From contig JBAZWU010000011.1 of the NCBI GenBank assembly GCA_041660185.1, forward strand, positions 28,883 through 92,882: a stretch of DNA of 64,000 nucleotides, in the 5' to 3' direction. The translations under genes were made by a program, and so were the position numbers. Under the pieces are notes generated by a model, which ran no database searches, was not told where the DNA came from, and saw only the letters and a list, made by a program, of their open reading frames with translations. Each line of letters opens with the position of its first letter. Within the stretch, counting starts at the first letter, position 1. Shown one piece after another: positions 62,698 through 64,000 of the stretch. Source of the stretch: Elusimicrobiota bacterium. Its GTDB lineage: Bacteria > Elusimicrobiota > Elusimicrobia > 2-01-FULL-59-12.

Positions 62698-63900
62698 TTA
62701 GCGCATCAGGTTCAGGACGTATTGCTGGCCTTCTTCGAATTGACCGCGATGAACAGGGTTTAAATCCCGGATAAATAGTTCCGCCTGCCATTGTTCAAAA
62801 ATCACGAAGTCAAACACCCGGTTCATGCCGCATTCGATCCCTGTCCCGCGAAAAAGACCGGCCTGCAGGGAAGCCGGGAACCGCTCCAACTGCCGGGGGA
62901 ACCGGGCAGAGCAACGCATGTCGGTTCTCCACAAGTCGTACAAAAACCCTCCGACTCCTTCGAGAAAGGGGTCCCGCTGCGAAGCCGCCAGATGACTGAC
63001 CCGCTCGTCCAACCAGGGGGCCATGCGGGCGAAGCTCGGATCCATGCTGTACCAATAGCGGGCCGACAATCGGCCGGCTGTCCTCAAAAATGAATGGGCC
63101 CTGGGATCATCCGGCAGAGAAGGAATGGCCCGCCGCAATTTGATCAAGTGTTCGGACCGCAGAGGAAATTCCTTCCCTTCCCCAAATGACAACCCCAGGA
63201 ATGCCTGCTCCGAGCAGCGAGGTGAAATTCGATCAAAGACCCGGCCTGTCTCCAAAGCCCTTTTTGGAACCCAGGCGTCCCGCCGCAAGACCGGCTCAGC
63301 CAGAGAGAAGCAGAGATAGTTTTTCCACATGTCCGGCGCCTTCTCCGCCTCTTCGATCAAAATCGCCTCGCCATGGGGCTGAGGATTGTTCCACGCAACG
63401 AACTGCGTGACCGCGGCGGTTAACTCGGCGGCGTCTTCCGGCCCCAGACGTCCGATCAGGCGCTCGTAGTAGCGCCGGCAGGCTTCGCTGGAGGAAGCAA
63501 AAACCGCCGGCAGATACTGGTACGTGTATCCCTTGGCCGTCAGGCAGCGCCCGATGCTGGCTGTCGAGAAAAATGAAATGCTGGACAGGATGCCGCCGCT
63601 GATCAACAAACCCACGACCCACTTTGCGTTCAAACAACTCATCGCCCAGGCCGCCGCCAGGAAGATAAACGGCAGCGCGGGGATCCGGTACCGCATAATA
63701 TCCAACTCCGGACTCGCCGACTGCAGCACGACAACAAAAATAAATAGAGTCAGGACACTCAACCGGATGAGGGGAGGAACAGCTTTTTTCACCCGCCAGA
63801 CCGATAAGGCGGTCATCCCCCCAAACAAAACGCTATAGAGAGCATCCACCCAAAGACGCTGTCGGGAAGGCCACTCTTCGCTGGCAAACGATTTAGCCAA
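62698..63900 (-). CDS. hypothetical membrane-anchored protein
   Basis: 400 aa. N-terminal TMs ('LSVLTLFIFVVVLQ', 'ALPFIFLAAAWAM', 'VVGLLISGGILSSISFF') are followed by a large soluble domain. No family recognised. Confidence 0.4.
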   Translation of the reverse strand: MAKSFASEEWPSRQRLWVDALYSVLFGGMTALSVWRVKKAVPPLIRLSVLTLFIFVVVLQSASPELDIMRYRIPALPFIFLAAAWAMSCLNAKWVVGLLISGGILSSISFFSTASIGRCLTAKGYTYQYLPAVFASSSEACRRYYERLIGRLGPEDAAELTAAVTQFVAWNNPQPHGEAILIEEAEKAPDMWKNYLCFSLAEPVLRRDAWVPKRALETGRVFDRISPRCSEQAFLGLSFGEGKEFPLRSEHLIKLRRAIPSLPDDPRAHSFLRTAGRLSARYWYSMDPSFARMAPWLDERVSHLAASQRDPFLEGVGGFLYDLWRTDMRCSARFPRQLERFPASLQAGLFRGTGIECGMNRVFDFVIFEQWQAELFIRDLNPVHRGQFEEGQQYVLNLMR

Positions 63901-64000
63901 CCGGTAAATACCGCTCTGGCGAAGGTGCGTGAACCCATCAAGAAAATAGTGTCCGCTGAAAAAGGACCAGAGAGACCCTGATTCGCCGATAAATAACCCG

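Noticed and set aside
63524-63838. Plus-strand 104-aa ORF and other short ORFs antisense to the 62698..63900 gene
   Set aside because: They overlap a longer ORF with clear TM segments on the opposite strand. They are compositionally typical antisense artefacts.

Overview
This window is high-GC bacterial chromosome with dense coding on both strands, and it falls into four blocks.

**1. Housekeeping and accessory genes (1-31,400).**
- Cell envelope and carbohydrate genes: an OmpA-family protein, a glycogen-debranching-type glucosidase next to a 1010-aa glycoside hydrolase/phosphorylase-like protein, and a NlpC/P60-like protein.
- Cofactor and stress genes: a PduO-type cobalamin adenosyltransferase, a class-II glutamine amidotransferase, and a Bcp-type peroxiredoxin.
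- A HigB/HigA-like toxin-antitoxin pair.
- A clear tmRNA (ssrA) with an extended -10 promoter and an intrinsic terminator.
- A pseudopilin-like gene and an ORF6N gene downstream of ssrA.
- A metal ABC importer (ZnuA/ZnuB-like) preceded by an outer-membrane beta-barrel gene, with no ATPase gene nearby.
- A tRNA-Arg followed by a degenerate duplicated copy of its 3' half.
- A CHASE2 adenylate cyclase, hisS, and a cNMP-binding patatin-like phospholipase.
- Endonuclease IV, two CheY-like receivers, and a geranylgeranyl-reductase-like flavoprotein.

**2. Exopolysaccharide/glycan locus (31,571-52,166).**
- A GT4 glycosyltransferase fused to a polyprenyl-phosphate sugar transferase.
- A NodU/CmcH carbamoyltransferase.
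- Two tandem GT-C (ArnT/PMT-like) paralogues.
- An Alg14/Alg13-like pair, a SAM methyltransferase, a GT4, and a Wzy-like polymerase.
- An asparagine-synthetase domain fused to GT4.
- A Wzc-like tyrosine-kinase co-polymerase and a Wza-like exporter.
- A membrane-fused spermidine-synthase-like protein.

**3. Candidate RiPP-like peptide-modification cluster (52,210-61,611).** This is the most interesting region and is not a described architecture as far as I know.
- A PF14907-type nucleotidyltransferase.
- An ABC ATPase plus ABC-2 permease.
- A fusion of an S24/S26-type peptidase domain with a GNAT domain.
- A 67-aa Cys/Ser/Thr-rich precursor-like ORF with a strong Shine-Dalgarno sequence directly after the stop of a radical-SAM gene.
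- Three radical SAM/SPASM genes. One of them carries a C-terminal PqqD-like domain.
- An HprK-related kinase gene translationally coupled between two of the radical-SAM genes.

**4. Repeat elements and a transposase.** The window is invaded by three families of palindromic repeats, all of which recur at several sites.
- A 23-bp REP, 'GGGGACGTAGTTGCAACTTTGCA'. It occurs as inverted pairs and flanks a REP-associated tyrosine transposase (RAYT, 61,593-62,621).
- A ~90-130-bp P/G/E-coding palindrome.
- A 'CGTCATTCCCCGCGG' double-hairpin element.

Several copies sit in-frame inside coding sequences: as a linker in radical-SAM gene 2, inside radical-SAM gene 3, and as the linker of the AsnB-GT4 fusion.
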